Positions 12,178 to 25,178 are shown, counted from the first letter of the stretch. The stretch is DNA of 64,000 nucleotides from Eledone cirrhosa (GCA_964016885.1 OZ024758.1:12710001-12774000); one strand, 5' to 3'. The notes: generated by a model from the sequence alone, not told the origin. Program-made: numbers and translations.

Positions 12178-12309
12178 GTATATGTACATTATAAGCAAAG
12201 ACATACGTCGATACTTACATCATACACATACATACATTTATACGTACATACATACACACGACACACACATACACACATATATATATATACATATATATAT
12301 ACACAGTGA

Positions 12310-12495
<186 letters not shown>

Positions 12496-12585
12496 AACAC
12501 ACAACCACACACATACACGCACGCACATGCACACGCACACACACATACATATACACATATATGTGTGTGTATGTGTGTGTGTGTG

Positions 12586-12647
<62 letters not shown>

Positions 12648-12896
12648 AATGTTTTAGTATCTATGTCTGTGGTTTTCATCTTTGGTCTTTCTCTCACATG
12701 CCACTGCCATTTCTATGATAAAATATATTCTCTACTTCCCTCTCTTCAAATCAGTTCCCAGCTGTCTTTCATAAGTCTAATGCCACACAGTTACCATATC
12801 GTCCAAAATTACCATGTATGTATGTATGTATGTGTCTAAAAATATTGGTTGCCAGGAGATGAAGGGGGCCCATCTACATATAGAATGCTATTATTT

Positions 12897-13080
12897 TGAA
12901 TTGGCAGTATCGGTAGAGGGTTGGACGCCATGCTTTCCAGCATAGTTACGTCCCTTTACAGTCTGAGTTCAAATCCCGCCGAGGTTAACTTTGCCTTTCA
13001 TCCTTACGGGGTCGATAAAATAAAGTACCAGTAATGTACTGGGTAATTGCTGGTCTTGTGCCAAAAGTAGAAACAATTAT
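12897..13080 (+). mobile_element. Main SINE, short subfamily (lacks internal palindrome)
   Basis: A and B boxes and body present; gtactggg joins directly to taattgctgg. Confidence 0.92.
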
Positions 13081-13229
13081 TTAATTTCTGTAATGAATAA
13101 ATAACATTTTCGAAAAATACATAAGTGGAAACAAAACAGTGCAATCAAATTTTTGCGGAAAAATGTCTTACCTTCTCCAATAAAAAATATTATGTATTTA
13201 GCGAAATCCAGAGACTTTCAATAATGGCC

Positions 13230-13686
13230 AGAAGTTGACCCTAAATATTACTAATAGCTCTAGGAAAGCCATGAACGACACCACATCTTTTTAACTTTGA
13301 TTTTGAAAATAGGTTTATAATTATCAATTTTCATTATACTTTTGTAGGTGTCTCGGTGGCCTAGTTGGAGGAATCATAGACGGTGGTGATACTGGTCTGG
13401 AGTTCGATCCTGGTCGGGAATAGGGTTCTCAGTAAACCTTTTCAATTTTGTTCTATTGGTTGTAAAATGAAAACTGAAAAAGTTTACATATATCACTTAA
13501 CCAGGATTGAACCCAAGGCTAGGATCTCCACCGTCTCTAGTACCTACCGCTAGGCCACAGAGACAACTACGAAAATCTTATGAAAATTCATAATTATAAA
13601 CCTACTTTCAAAATGTTCAAAACAAAGTGTTGTGGTGTCGTTCATGTCTTTCTTAATGTTATTGCTCCTACTTAAGGTCGACTTCT
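13230..13686. mobile_element. Palindromic (foldback/MITE-like) element with a tRNA-like head in each arm
   Basis: Arms agaagttgacc..catgaacgacaccaca..ttttgaaaataggtttataattat..gtaaaccttttca and tgaaaaagtttac..ataattataaacctactttcaaaa..tgtggtgtcgttcatg..ggtcgacttct; A and B boxes at 13350-13420 (+) and 13497-13565 (-). Confidence 0.85.
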
Positions 13687-13885
13687 AAATCATTTGGGTA
13701 TTCCATAAACTACATCCTCTTAATTAACGAAGCATTTGGAGAATTTCAAATTTGAAAATACGCTTTCCCTCTTTTGAGGAAGGCGTCACAATGCAGATAA
13801 CTAAAAATAATAGTTGAATACGTGTGTAGGAGTAAAAATATCGCTGGAGACCTAAAAGGTGGACAGAAACGACTGCGACAATATA

Positions 13886-13965
13886 CAAGTTGTCACCCCA
13901 AAAATGTATACACACTTTAATAGAATTTTAATAAATATGTGTATACATTTTTTGTGGACACCTTG
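13886..13965. mobile_element. Tc1/mariner-type MITE, 80 bp
   Basis: ~28-bp TIRs caagttgtcaccccaaaaatgtatacaca / tgtgtatacattttttgtggacaccttg, flanked by TA. Confidence 0.75.
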
Positions 13966-14434
13966 TATATCAACAAAAGTAAAAACAACCCCAGTAAGTG
14001 ATTAACGCCACACAAACCACGATCACGTGTCTAGTCTGTGACTATTAAACAACAACAAATGTCTAGACAGGTAAAACTGATGAGGAAAGGTCAGTGGCTT
14101 TAGTAACAATATCTCGGACAATAACAACAACAATAAATACAATAACAGCAACAGCAACAACTATCACAATAACAACAACAATAAATACAATAACAGTAAC
14201 AGCAACAACTACCACAATAACCCCTCACAAAAAAAAAGAAAATAATACGTAGTTTATGATGAACGCTCTGTTGGTTGCGATGTCGGGCTTTCAATCTATT
14301 TCGTATGCCAGCCCCTCCTCTCCCCGACTCTCTGTCTATCTGTCTGTCAATAGCCAGAGAGACGTATATATATATATATATATATGATGGCTGCCCCCTC
14401 GTTATCGAGTATGGCCATTGTACGATACACCAGA

Positions 14435-14619
14435 GGTGAATTGACAGTATCGGTAAAGGGTCGGACATGCTTTACAGCATAGTTACGTCCCTTTACGATC
14501 TGAGTTCAAATCTGGCTGAGGTTAACTTTGCTTTTCATCCTTACGGGGTCGATAAAATAAAGTACCAGTAATGTACTGGTTAATTGCTGGCCTTGAGCCT
14601 AAAATAGAAACAATTATTA
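14435..14619 (+). mobile_element. Main SINE, short subfamily
   Basis: A and B boxes, body and 3' end as in the 12897 copy. Confidence 0.9.
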
Positions 14620-14702
14620 ATTATTAATTAATTCTATCGTGCAATGCCTGTGCGTGAAGATTTGTTTTTGCCTGTTGACGCTTATATACACACACACACA
14701 TA

Positions 14703-14749
<47 letters not shown>

Positions 14750-14751
<2 letters not shown>

Positions 14752-15067
14752 AGGGCGGGTAAGATTCCCGAGATCCATGGACGAGTTCTCTCCAGCGGTC
14801 TCTGTCCCTCATTATTGCTGCCATGTCCTGCGTCTCCAACAGACCAGTGTCTGTCCTTAGGGCATCAACATACGTTAACCTTGGTCTTCCTCTTCCAGTG
14901 TATCCATGTAGGGGCTCCCACAGGAGCACTGAATGCAATGTCAAGTCTGGATGTCGGTGAGCAGGTCCAGCTAACCTCAGTCTCCTCTGTGTCACTTTTG
15001 AGCTGACTTTTGGGAGGCTCCCATACAGCTCTGAGCTTTTCATCCTCTCAGTGTATACTGATTAATG

Positions 15068-15068
<1 letters not shown>
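14750..15068 (-). mobile_element. RTE-clade (RTE-X-like) LINE 3' fragment, copy 1
   Basis: Encodes [37 protein letters not shown], the typical RTE ORF C-terminus; within (TA)n. Confidence 0.88.
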
Positions 15069-15150
<82 letters not shown>

Positions 15151-15287
15151 CAGTGAAATTTCGTTTTAACGAAATTCACGGTGTAAAAATAAAAATTCGT
15201 TGTAACGAAAACAATTTTATAACGAGATCGACCGAAGCAAATAGAGCATTTGTTTGTTATTACATCGCGGATTGAAAAAAAATTCTT

Positions 15288-15378
15288 ATTTCCTCTACCT
15301 TTCTTTCTCTATCTGTATCTGATTTCTCTCTCTCCCCTTCTCTCTTCCCTCTATAATGAGGATCACTCCCTCCCTCTC

Positions 15379-15429
<51 letters not shown>

Positions 15430-15598
15430 ATCCATCTATCTATCTATCTCACTCACTTCCTTTTTATTCACGTCATTGTCTGCCTGTCTGCCTGTCTGTC
15501 TGTCTCATTTCCTCTACCTTTTTTTTCTCTATCTCTGTATCTGTGTTTCTCTCTCCCTCCTTCTCTCTTCCCTCTATCATCAGGATCATTCCCCCGCC

Positions 15599-15635
<37 letters not shown>

Positions 15636-15680
15636 ATTTATCTATCTCTCTATCTATCCATTTATCTATGTCTCCCACTT
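15288..15680. repeat. Diverged ~220-bp tandem duplication in CT-rich sequence
   Basis: atttcctctacctt..ctctcttccctctat.at.aggatca occurs at ~15288 and ~15507. Confidence 0.65.
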
Positions 15681-16949
15681 CCTTGCTTTCTCCCCCCCCC
15701 CCACTCCTAACTGCTCGTCTCGCTGTTGTATGTACGTCATTCAACGCCCTCTACCGGACATTAAACTGTGTAAACGCTGATTTTATTGTGCTTGTCATTG
15801 TAGTTCTGTCAAAGCACAGTTAGACTCCATTCTTTTCCAGCTCCTTTCCACTCGTCAAAAAAACGTTACCTTAGACAACGGCAGAGGAAAAGGGAGAACA
15901 AGAGGTAGCAGGGAACCAAGTGGAATGTGTAGGTTTGTGGGGTTAAACGAGTAGTGCCTGTTTCTAATAGCTTTGTTCAACAGGGCTGAAACTGAGCAAA
16001 AACATTCCAACCATGACCTCACCTTCTTATTTCCAGTTATAATGTAAAACGCACAAAAAAAAAAAAAAAAAAAAAAATGGCCCGAATCTGTAAGATCCCA
16101 GATCTCATTCGTTTACCGAGTGAGGTGGAACTTGTAAAACCGCACCAAGGAGACAATGTTTCCATTGGTATTTCCAATTGCTGATGTTATCTACGGGTTG
16201 AAAACTCCCAGCAGTTATAATGTATGTATGGTAGGGTATGGTATGTCCCGTAACTTATGATAGAGTTGTAGGGTCGCTGTATTGACATACGGCGTTTCTT
16301 GGGCATGTTAAAGCCTGGTGGAGCCCATACTTCTTCAGGCTTGAGTACAGCAGATTTCTTCCCGAGAGAGGAAGAATCGACCCTAGTACTAGACTTTGTT
16401 TGTGGCAGTGGAGGAGGTGAGAAGAATCCCGCCCGCCCAGAACTTGCATATAACTGTGTGCGTATGTGTGTAAAATATTTAACTACTCTCCTCCTCTCCC
16501 TCGTTTCCCCCTTCTCTCTCTCCTTCCTTCCCTCCCTAACTCCACCCCTTTCCCTCTCTCTCCCTCTACCCCCTCTCTCTCTCCCTCTCTCACACTGAAA
16601 GAAGGATGTCGTATTGTGCGTGTAAAACAGAGCGAAAGGCGAAGAGAGATGAAGAGATAGAATGAGGAAGAGAGAGAGAGAGAGAGACGAAGAGAGAAAA
16701 GAAGAAGTGAGAGAGAGAGATGAAGTGAGAAAGAGAGTCGAAGAAAGAGAGAGAGAAAGACAGAAAGAGAGACGAAGGGAGAGAGAAAGAGAGAGAGATA
16801 GAGAGGGAGAGAGAAAAAGATTTCTCACCGTGACTGGTCAATATTCCCCAAACTCATCATAAAACACTTGATATCGTTTTACATGTTTCTGTATGTTGAA
16901 GACATCCAACTGATTCCTTTACTGTTTGGTATCATAATCACGACATAGC

Positions 16950-16998
16950 TAACAACAACAACAACAACAACAACACCACCACCACCACCACCACCACC

Positions 16999-17050
<52 letters not shown>

Positions 17051-17254
17051 GCAGCAGCAGCAGCAACAGCAGCAACAACAACAGCAGCAATATAAACAAT
17101 AACAACCACAACCACCATCATCACCACCACCATCACCAACATCACAACAACCACGAGCAACACCACCACCACCACCACCACCACCACAGCAACAACAACA
17201 ACAACAACAACAACAACAACCACCACTACAACAAAAGCAAATACCACCACCACC

Positions 17255-17285
<31 letters not shown>

Positions 17286-17367
17286 TCACAACAACAACAA
17301 CAACCACAACTGCAACATCAACAGCAACAGCAACAACCACCACAACTACCACCACTAACATCACCAC

Positions 17368-17402
<35 letters not shown>

Positions 17403-17569
17403 CAACAACCACAACTACCACCACCACCGCCACAACAGCAACAGCAATCACCCAACCCCTCCACTACCACCACTAACACCACCACCACAATAACAACAAC
17501 AACAACAACCACAACTACCACCACCACCACCACAACAGCAACAGCAATCACCCAACCCCTCCACTACCG

Positions 17570-17602
<33 letters not shown>

Positions 17603-17710
17603 CAACAACCACAACTACCACCACCACCACCATAACAGCAACAGCAATCACCCAACCCCTCCACTACCTCCACTACCACCACCACCACCACTACCCCCAC
17701 CACAACCACC

Positions 17711-17742
<32 letters not shown>
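16950..17742. repeat. Compound (CAA/CAC/CAG)n tract containing a 100-bp tandem unit (~17350-17670)
   Basis: gcaatcacccaacccctccactacc recurs at exactly 100-bp spacing three times. Confidence 0.9.
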
Positions 17743-17743
<1 letters not shown>

Positions 17744-18021
17744 TAGCTGAACGAGTTATCTATCTTGTCAGGACCGATTCATAATTTGAGCTTCGTTGAA
17801 ATTGAACCACGGCCGACCTTTTGTTTGACGCTGACATCCCACATCAGTAAATGACATCACGTCACTATCATCGAAAACACCCCCTCAACCCCCACCCCTG
17901 GACATTGTCATCATTGCTTTCTTCATATTGTTGTTGCTGTTGTTGTTGCTGTTGTTGTTGTTGTTGTTGTTGTTGTATCGTGATCACCGTCGTTTTATAC
18001 GTTTTTGGTTTACACAACTAT

Positions 18022-18150
18022 TGAAATTGGCAGAGTGGTTAAGACGTCGGGGAGTAGGCTTCACGGTATTGGCGCGCTCTGAGTTCAAATCCCACTAGAG
18101 TCAACTTTGCCTTTCATCCTTTCGAAGTCGATAAAAAAATATGTACCTGT
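18022..18150 (+). mobile_element. Main SINE, older 3'-truncated copy
   Basis: tggcagagtggttaag..gagttcaaatccc..caactttgcctttcatcctttcgaagtcgataaaa. Confidence 0.8.
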
Positions 18151-18219
18151 CTAGCATGGCTTCTTCTTCTTCTTCTTCTTCTTCTTCCGTTTGTTGGAAG
18201 AACTACACTCACATCCGTT

Positions 18220-18256
<37 letters not shown>

Positions 18257-18276
18257 CATATACACATATATATATA

Positions 18277-18379
18277 CAGGGTGTCACCGAAAAATGTATA
18301 CACACTTCAACAGCATTCTAATAAATATTGCCTGTACAGGTAATAAAAATGTGTATACATATTTTTGGGGGACACTCTG
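18277..18379. mobile_element. Tc1/mariner-type MITE, same family as 13886
   Basis: TA-cagggtgtcaccgaaaaatgtatacaca ... tgtgtatacatatttttgggggacactctg-TA. Confidence 0.8.
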
Positions 18380-18768
18380 TATATATATATATATATGCAC
18401 ACACACACACATATATATATATACATACACACACACACTCATATATATATATATAGTGAGCTATCAAGACACTGCCAACTGTTTATCAGCAGGATTAGAA
18501 AAAAAAAATGGCTGATGTAGTGGTGGTGATGATGAAGTACTTTTATTTGTCATAAGCGTGTCATACGGCAATCATGTAGAAAAAGGCTTATTCTTTCGTG
18601 ATTCTAGCTTTATTTTACCTTTACACAGATGCGCTAACCTTAAAAAAAAGAACAGGGAACACAGTTTGTTAAATTATCTATCTCCTACAACTGTGTAACA
18701 CTTCGTATTTTTTTTTTCCTTCTCTATATCTGTGTTTTTGACAAATTCAACTGGCAGCATGCGTGAAA

Positions 18769-18839
<71 letters not shown>

Positions 18840-19075
18840 TGTGATGGGGAATCGGATGAAGAAATGTCGGAGCGAGGGTGGGAATAAAATAATTTCTTAG
18901 CAGTAGTTTTTGACAATTGTAAACACGAAGAAATGAAAAAGGACAGAGAGAATAAAAAACACTGTAAGAAATAAAATATAATAAATATAATCTTATATAA
19001 ATGAAATAAAACAACTAATAAAAGACTTTAGAAAGAAAAAAACAGAAGCAAATTGAAATAAACTATTTCATTATT

Positions 19076-19283
19076 GGCTGGATTGGTAGAGTGTCGGACA
19101 ACATGATTTGTGGCATAGAGTTATGTCCCTTTACGTTTTGAGTTCAAATCCTGCCGAAGTTTGTTCTGTTTTTCATCTTTGCGAGATCGATAAAATAGAG
19201 TACCAGTAACGTAATGGGGTCGATTTAATCGACTTTCCTCTCGCCGCAAATTACTAGCCTAGTACCTATACTAGAAATCATTA
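19076..19283 (+). mobile_element. Main SINE (first of a head-to-tail pair)
   Basis: A and B boxes, body, internal palindrome. Confidence 0.88.
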
Positions 19284-19488
19284 TAGGCAGTAATCGGTAG
19301 AGCGCCGGACGACATGCGTTGGGGGCATAGAGTTAGGTCCCTTTACGTTCTGAGTTCAAATCCAGCCGAGGTTAGCTTTGCCTTTCATCCTTGCGAGGTC
19401 GAACAGATAAAGTACCAGTAATGTACTGAGGTCGATTTAATCGACTTTCCCCTCCCCAAAAAATAATTGGCCTTGTGCCTAAATCAGA
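19284..19488 (+). mobile_element. Main SINE (second of a head-to-tail pair)
   Basis: Begins immediately after the previous copy's tail; full body. Confidence 0.9.
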
Positions 19489-19529
19489 TGACGACGATGA
19501 TGATGATCATGATGATGATGATTATGGTG

Positions 19530-19560
<31 letters not shown>

Positions 19561-19623
19561 AATCATTGGCGATGGTGGTGGTGGTGGTGGTAGTGGTTTT
19601 GCGGATGATGATGATGATAGAAA

Positions 19624-19821
19624 TAATTATTTCTACTTTTGGCACAAGGCCAGCAATTATCCCCAGTGCATTACTGCTACTTTATTTTATCGACCCCCCC
19701 CACCCACCCCCGTAAGGATGAAAGGGAAATTGAACACCGGCGGGATTTGAATTCAGACCGTAAAGGGACATAACACTACGCTGGAAAGCATGGCATCCGA
19801 CTCTCTACTAATACTGCCAAT
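19624..19821 (-). mobile_element. Main SINE, inverted relative to the upstream pair
   Basis: tttctacttttggcacaaggccagcaatt..gggatttgaattcag..atactgccaat. Confidence 0.9.
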
Positions 19822-20100
19822 AATGATGATGTTGTTAGCGAACATGTTGTTGATAATGATGATGATGATGGCGCGAATGAAGGTTGCTGCTGCTGCTACT
19901 GCTGCTGCTACTGCTGATGCTACTGCTGCTGCTACTACTACTGCTGCTGCTGCTGCTGGTGATGTCTATTGCAGTTACTACTTCATTTGTCGTCGTTTAA
20001 TATTAATCTGTTATGTGATGGAGTGTTAAAGTAGACAGCTGTCATGAAGAAAACTTCACATTTTTCATCTCACGTCTTCTTTCCTTTGCTTCACTATATA

Positions 20101-20136
<36 letters not shown>

Positions 20137-20184
20137 TGTATGTATGTATATATATATATGTATGTATGTATGTGTATATATGTA

Positions 20185-20215
<31 letters not shown>

Positions 20216-20250
20216 GCATGTATGTATGTGTATGTATATATGTATGTATG

Positions 20251-20310
<60 letters not shown>

Positions 20311-20348
20311 TGTATGTATGTATGTATATATATATATATATATATTCA

Positions 20349-20465
<117 letters not shown>

Positions 20466-20468
20466 ATT

Positions 20469-20594
<126 letters not shown>

Positions 20595-20684
20595 AATGGA
20601 ATAGAATGAAACGAAATTTCTCTATATATAAATATATATATATGTATATATATGTATATATATATGTATATGTATTGATGTTTG

Positions 20685-20733
<49 letters not shown>

Positions 20734-20953
20734 ACATATATATATACATATGTATGTATGTATATATATATATATACCTTTTGTGTTTCTCTCCTAATTT
20801 TTCATCTACTACGCAAACACATAGATATAAACAGACATATACACACAAACACACACGTGTACATATAATTGTATATAAGTATATGTTAAACATAGATTTA
20901 TATTAAAGTAAACGTACTCACATATACATATAAACACATGCAGACCTTAGCAT

Positions 20954-21000
<47 letters not shown>

Positions 21001-21118
21001 TATGTATGTATTTACATAAAATATACTCAAACAAAAATCAAATAGACACAGTCAGTTACAAAATATATTCAGACACATTCACTTCTCTATATTATTATTA
21101 TAATATTGAAATTACTTC

Positions 21119-21169
21119 TACAGGACTACAACTGTTTCATTCGTATGAAATCATCAGGACATTCCTGTA
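21119..21169 (-). ncRNA. Candidate hammerhead ribozyme with imperfect stems
   Basis: tacagga-atgtc CTGATGA t-ttc-atac-gaa-t GAAA cagttg TA g-tcctgta. The base of stem II is a U-U mismatch and stem I is bulged. A homologue at 37851-37895 has core CTAATGA. Confidence 0.45.
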
Positions 21170-21225
21170 TTGAGTACTTTTTTTAACTATGGTTAGTCCC
21201 CGACACAACTCGGAATCTTACAGAC

Positions 21226-21840
21226 GACATTCTATCCACATACCCATAATATCGGAGCTGTGATCTCTCAATTCGAGGAAGTAGCGGCTCTATCTGGAAT
21301 GACTCCCTGATCTCCAAGCTCAAAATCTGTCCAGCTATTCTTTCCTGAGACATTCTAACCGCATGTCTATAGTATTGGAGCTGTTATCTCTCAATTCAGA
21401 GAAGTAGGGGCTCTACCTGGAGTCACCCTCTGATCTCCGAGCTCCAAATCTGTCCAGTGATCCACCGATTCTTTCTTGAGACATTCTAACCACATGCCCA
21501 CCATAGTATCGGAGCTGTGATCTCTCAATTCAGAGAAGTAGGGGCTCTACCTGGAGTGAGTCCCTGATCTCCACGCTACAAATCTGTCCAGTGATCCACT
21601 GATTCTTTCCCGAGACATTCTAACCGCATGTCTATAGTATTGGAGCTGTGATCTCTCAATTCAGAGAAGTAGGGGCTATACCTGGAGTGAGTCCCTGATC
21701 TCCACGCTACAAATCTGTCCAGTGATCCACCGATTCTTTCCCGAGACATTATAATCGCTTGTCCTCCATAATATCGGAGAAGTAACAGCTCTAATATACT
21801 AACCACATGCCCATAGTACCGGAGCTGTGATCTCTCAATT
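21226..21840 (-). repeat. ~131-bp minisatellite (about 4.5 units) derived from an RTE (Rex3/Expander-like) LINE ORF
   Basis: Units start at 21226, 21349, 21480, 21614 and 21745; minus strand translates EIRDSLQVEPLLL*IERSQLRYYG(G)HVVRMSQERI. Confidence 0.85.
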
Positions 21841-22084
21841 TTACAGGACAACTCTTACCAGTTAAAACCTTCCTAATTATTATATTACTATTATCTAAGT
21901 TGATACATTACTACATTAGTTAAACAATGGAGGTATGAAAGAGATACAGTCTATTACTACAATCAGTTGACAGATTGTTTCGTAATTCAGTACTTCTATA
22001 GAAATAACACGTCATTCTAAGATATTGACAATTCACCTTTGACATTCTCTCCTTCTTATTTTCATATTCTTGATCCTTTTGCTG

Positions 22085-22115
<31 letters not shown>

Positions 22116-22706
22116 TTTCAATCACATACATTTTCAATCACATATATTTTTATTTGTTTGACTCGAATTACTTGGTCGTTTTTATGGCTGTGCGGATGAT
22201 TGTTTAACCATCGTCTCAGTGTGTTTGGCCTTTAACGTATGTTGTAGCTCTGGTTCATCTGAATCATTGAGCGCTTGCCACACATCTCGGAAGTTGTTTT
22301 TCGTTAATTCCTAGGCCGAAATACGATTCTCACTAATTTATATTTATATATATATATATATATATTTATTTTCTTTCTTTATATGTATATATATATATAT
22401 ATATATGTGTGTATGTATATATATATATATGGTTAAGAGAGTGGGACTGGCTTTGTGCAGTGCCTTTGCTCACTATAAAAGCTTCACGGCACAGGCATTG
22501 CTTTATATCTGGAGATCTCTCTGCACTTGTCGTCACATGGTACCATGGGCCCAGCACTATGTGTCAATAATTGTCACAAGTGTAGTGTTTGTATATATGT
22601 GTATATAGTGGCTGGACTAAAAAGTCACACTTGTTCAGCGCATCGGTAGGGGTTCTCCTACATGGATATAAAGTAGTGGCCGTACTCGAAAACGAGTTGG
22701 CAGCCA

Positions 22707-22783
<77 letters not shown>

Positions 22784-22790
22784 TGTGTTT

Positions 22791-23161
22791 TCATCCTCAG
22801 TGTATACTGATTAATGTTCAGAGCCATCCTCAGCATTCTCGTGTAGCACCCATCCACCATCTGAGTGAGTCTCTTGGTCAGTGTCCAAGTCTCAGACCCA
22901 TACAAAAGTGACACAAAGGAGACTGAGGTTAGCTGAACATGCTCACCGACATCCAGAGTTGACATTGCACTCAGTGCTCCTTTGGGAGCCCCTACATGGA
23001 CACACTAGAAGAGGAAGACCAAGGTTAACATATGTTGATGCCCTAAGGACAGACACTGGTCTGTTGGAGATGCAGGATATGGCAGCGATAATGAGGGACA
23101 GAGACCGCTGGAGAGAACTCGTCCATGGATCTCGGGAATTTTACCCGCTTTAGATAGATAG
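22791..23161 (+). mobile_element. RTE-X-like LINE copy 2 with 5' inversion and 14-bp TSD
   Basis: 22791-22908 is inverted (LLYGSETWTLT..LRMK on minus); 22903-23153 is forward; (TAGA)3 tail; ATATTAGTGTGTTT at 22777-22790 and 23162-23175. Confidence 0.9.
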
Positions 23162-23430
23162 ATATTAGTGTGTTTCATGAGCGTCTGTACGGAGTCCTTA
23201 TGTCATGTTAAATGTAAATAAACACGTTACGTGACCATACTCAATAAATCTTGTCATCTCTTTCAGTTGGTATCATGCCAGATCCTCAACTTAACCCCAT
23301 CTCTATGTATGTATGTATGTATGTATGTATGTATGTATGTATGTATGTATGTATGTATGTATGTATGTATGTATGTCTATGCATACAAATATGTATACAC
23401 ATATGTGCATATATGTATATATATATATAT

Positions 23431-23600
<170 letters not shown>

Positions 23601-24127
23601 TGTGTGCGTGAAAGATACGAGGTTCGATTCCTTATAGCGGTCCATGAAAACATCTTTTTCCGTCTTTAAGGGTCTTCATCCGATTTTCCATTGTTACTTA
23701 AAACTGCTCCTTATTGAGGTTTGTATTGTCTGAGAGTTGATGGTTGAAGGTTGGGGCAGATCTTCATCTAGTGGGTCTCCTGTGAGTTGGTTCCCAAAAT
23801 AGTAGTAATTTTCGCTAAATAGAAACCATTTTGGGACAATTGTAGGTGTTTTCTTGGGCAAGTTTCCGTATAAATTGTCATTTGTAATATGTTAACACCA
23901 ATTTATATTTTAAACAACCCAAAATATTCTAGTGTATCCGCCATCTACTTTTTCGTTAAAAACCCTGGATAGTCATGGTTGAAAGGTTTTCGTATTATGT
24001 CTACTCGTTCAGAGCTAATTTGTAACTAAGCAACAACCTGATCAAAACACCAATGTCTAAATCTTGTCACTGCTTACATCTATAAGATGATTCTATCGCG
24101 CTACTGGCCTCTAGTTACAGAACATTC

Positions 24128-24446
24128 CACTGGGATATTTCAGACTCTAGGACATGCTTTCTATTTATTCAACCTGGAATCAGCACAAGTCTACTGGGAT
24201 ATTTCAGACTCTAGAACATGCTTTCTATTTATTCAACCTGGAATCAGCACAACTCTACTGGGATATTTCAGACTCTAGAACATGCTTTCTATTTATTCAA
24301 CCTGGAATCAGCACAACTCTACTGGGATATTTCAGACTGTAGAACATGCTTTCTATTTATTCAACCTGAAAACAGCACAAGTATATTGGGATATTTCAGA
24401 TTCTAGGATATGCTTTCTATTTATTCAACCTGGAAACAGCACAAGT
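24128..24446. repeat. 64-bp minisatellite, 5 units
   Basis: ctgggatatttcagactctagaacatgctttctatttattcaacctggaatcagcacaa recurs at 64-bp spacing. Confidence 0.95.
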
Positions 24447-24857
24447 CGGAGAATAAAGCAAAATAAGGTGAACAAAATTCAAAACGGAATCGAACCTTTA
24501 TTGCAGAGACTCGGTCCCTAGAAACCTCACCACAAGTCTATGTTACTCCCTTTATATATACTGATAACCGGACGTGTGCCTATAGAATCCCTTCACTTTT
24601 TTTCTTGTTTAAAGGCGACATAATATACCATGGTATCTAGCCCCACCATCTAAAGTAATAAAATATCCGAGGTTTCGGGTAGTTAGACAAAATCTGTAAT
24701 ACCCTTGATATATATTTGCCTGGGTCACCTCAACAGATGTAGATCTTTCAGATCTCATCTGTTGTGTTATGTATATAATAAATCAGTTTTCAAATAATGT
24801 GATTGTGGTCGTTGGCGACGAAGATTTCCGACGGCAACAATGTCCATCCTGATGACG

Positions 24858-25036
24858 ACCATCATCATCACAACCACCAGCACTACCATCGTCACCACCA
24901 GCACTACCATCGCCACCACCATCACAATCATCGTCACCACCATCGCTTACCATCGTCACCACCATCACAACCATCGTCACCACCATCGCTACCATCGTCA
25001 CCACCATCACAACCATCGTCACCCACCACCATCACG
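24858..25036. repeat. 21-bp CAC-rich minisatellite
   Basis: accatcgtcaccaccatc(gct/aca) repeated. Confidence 0.8.
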
Positions 25037-25178
25037 ACTATCCTTACTATTATCATCATCATCATTGCCATCACACTGATAACGACGACGGCAACAGTGA
25101 AAAAAATGAAATAATGTCCAAAGGAGCGATAGAGAGAAAGATAGATAGATAGAGAGATAGAGCGAGAGAGAGAGACCC

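Noticed and set aside
13350-13420. Functional tRNA gene
   Set aside because: A and B boxes only; acceptor and anticodon stems do not pair.
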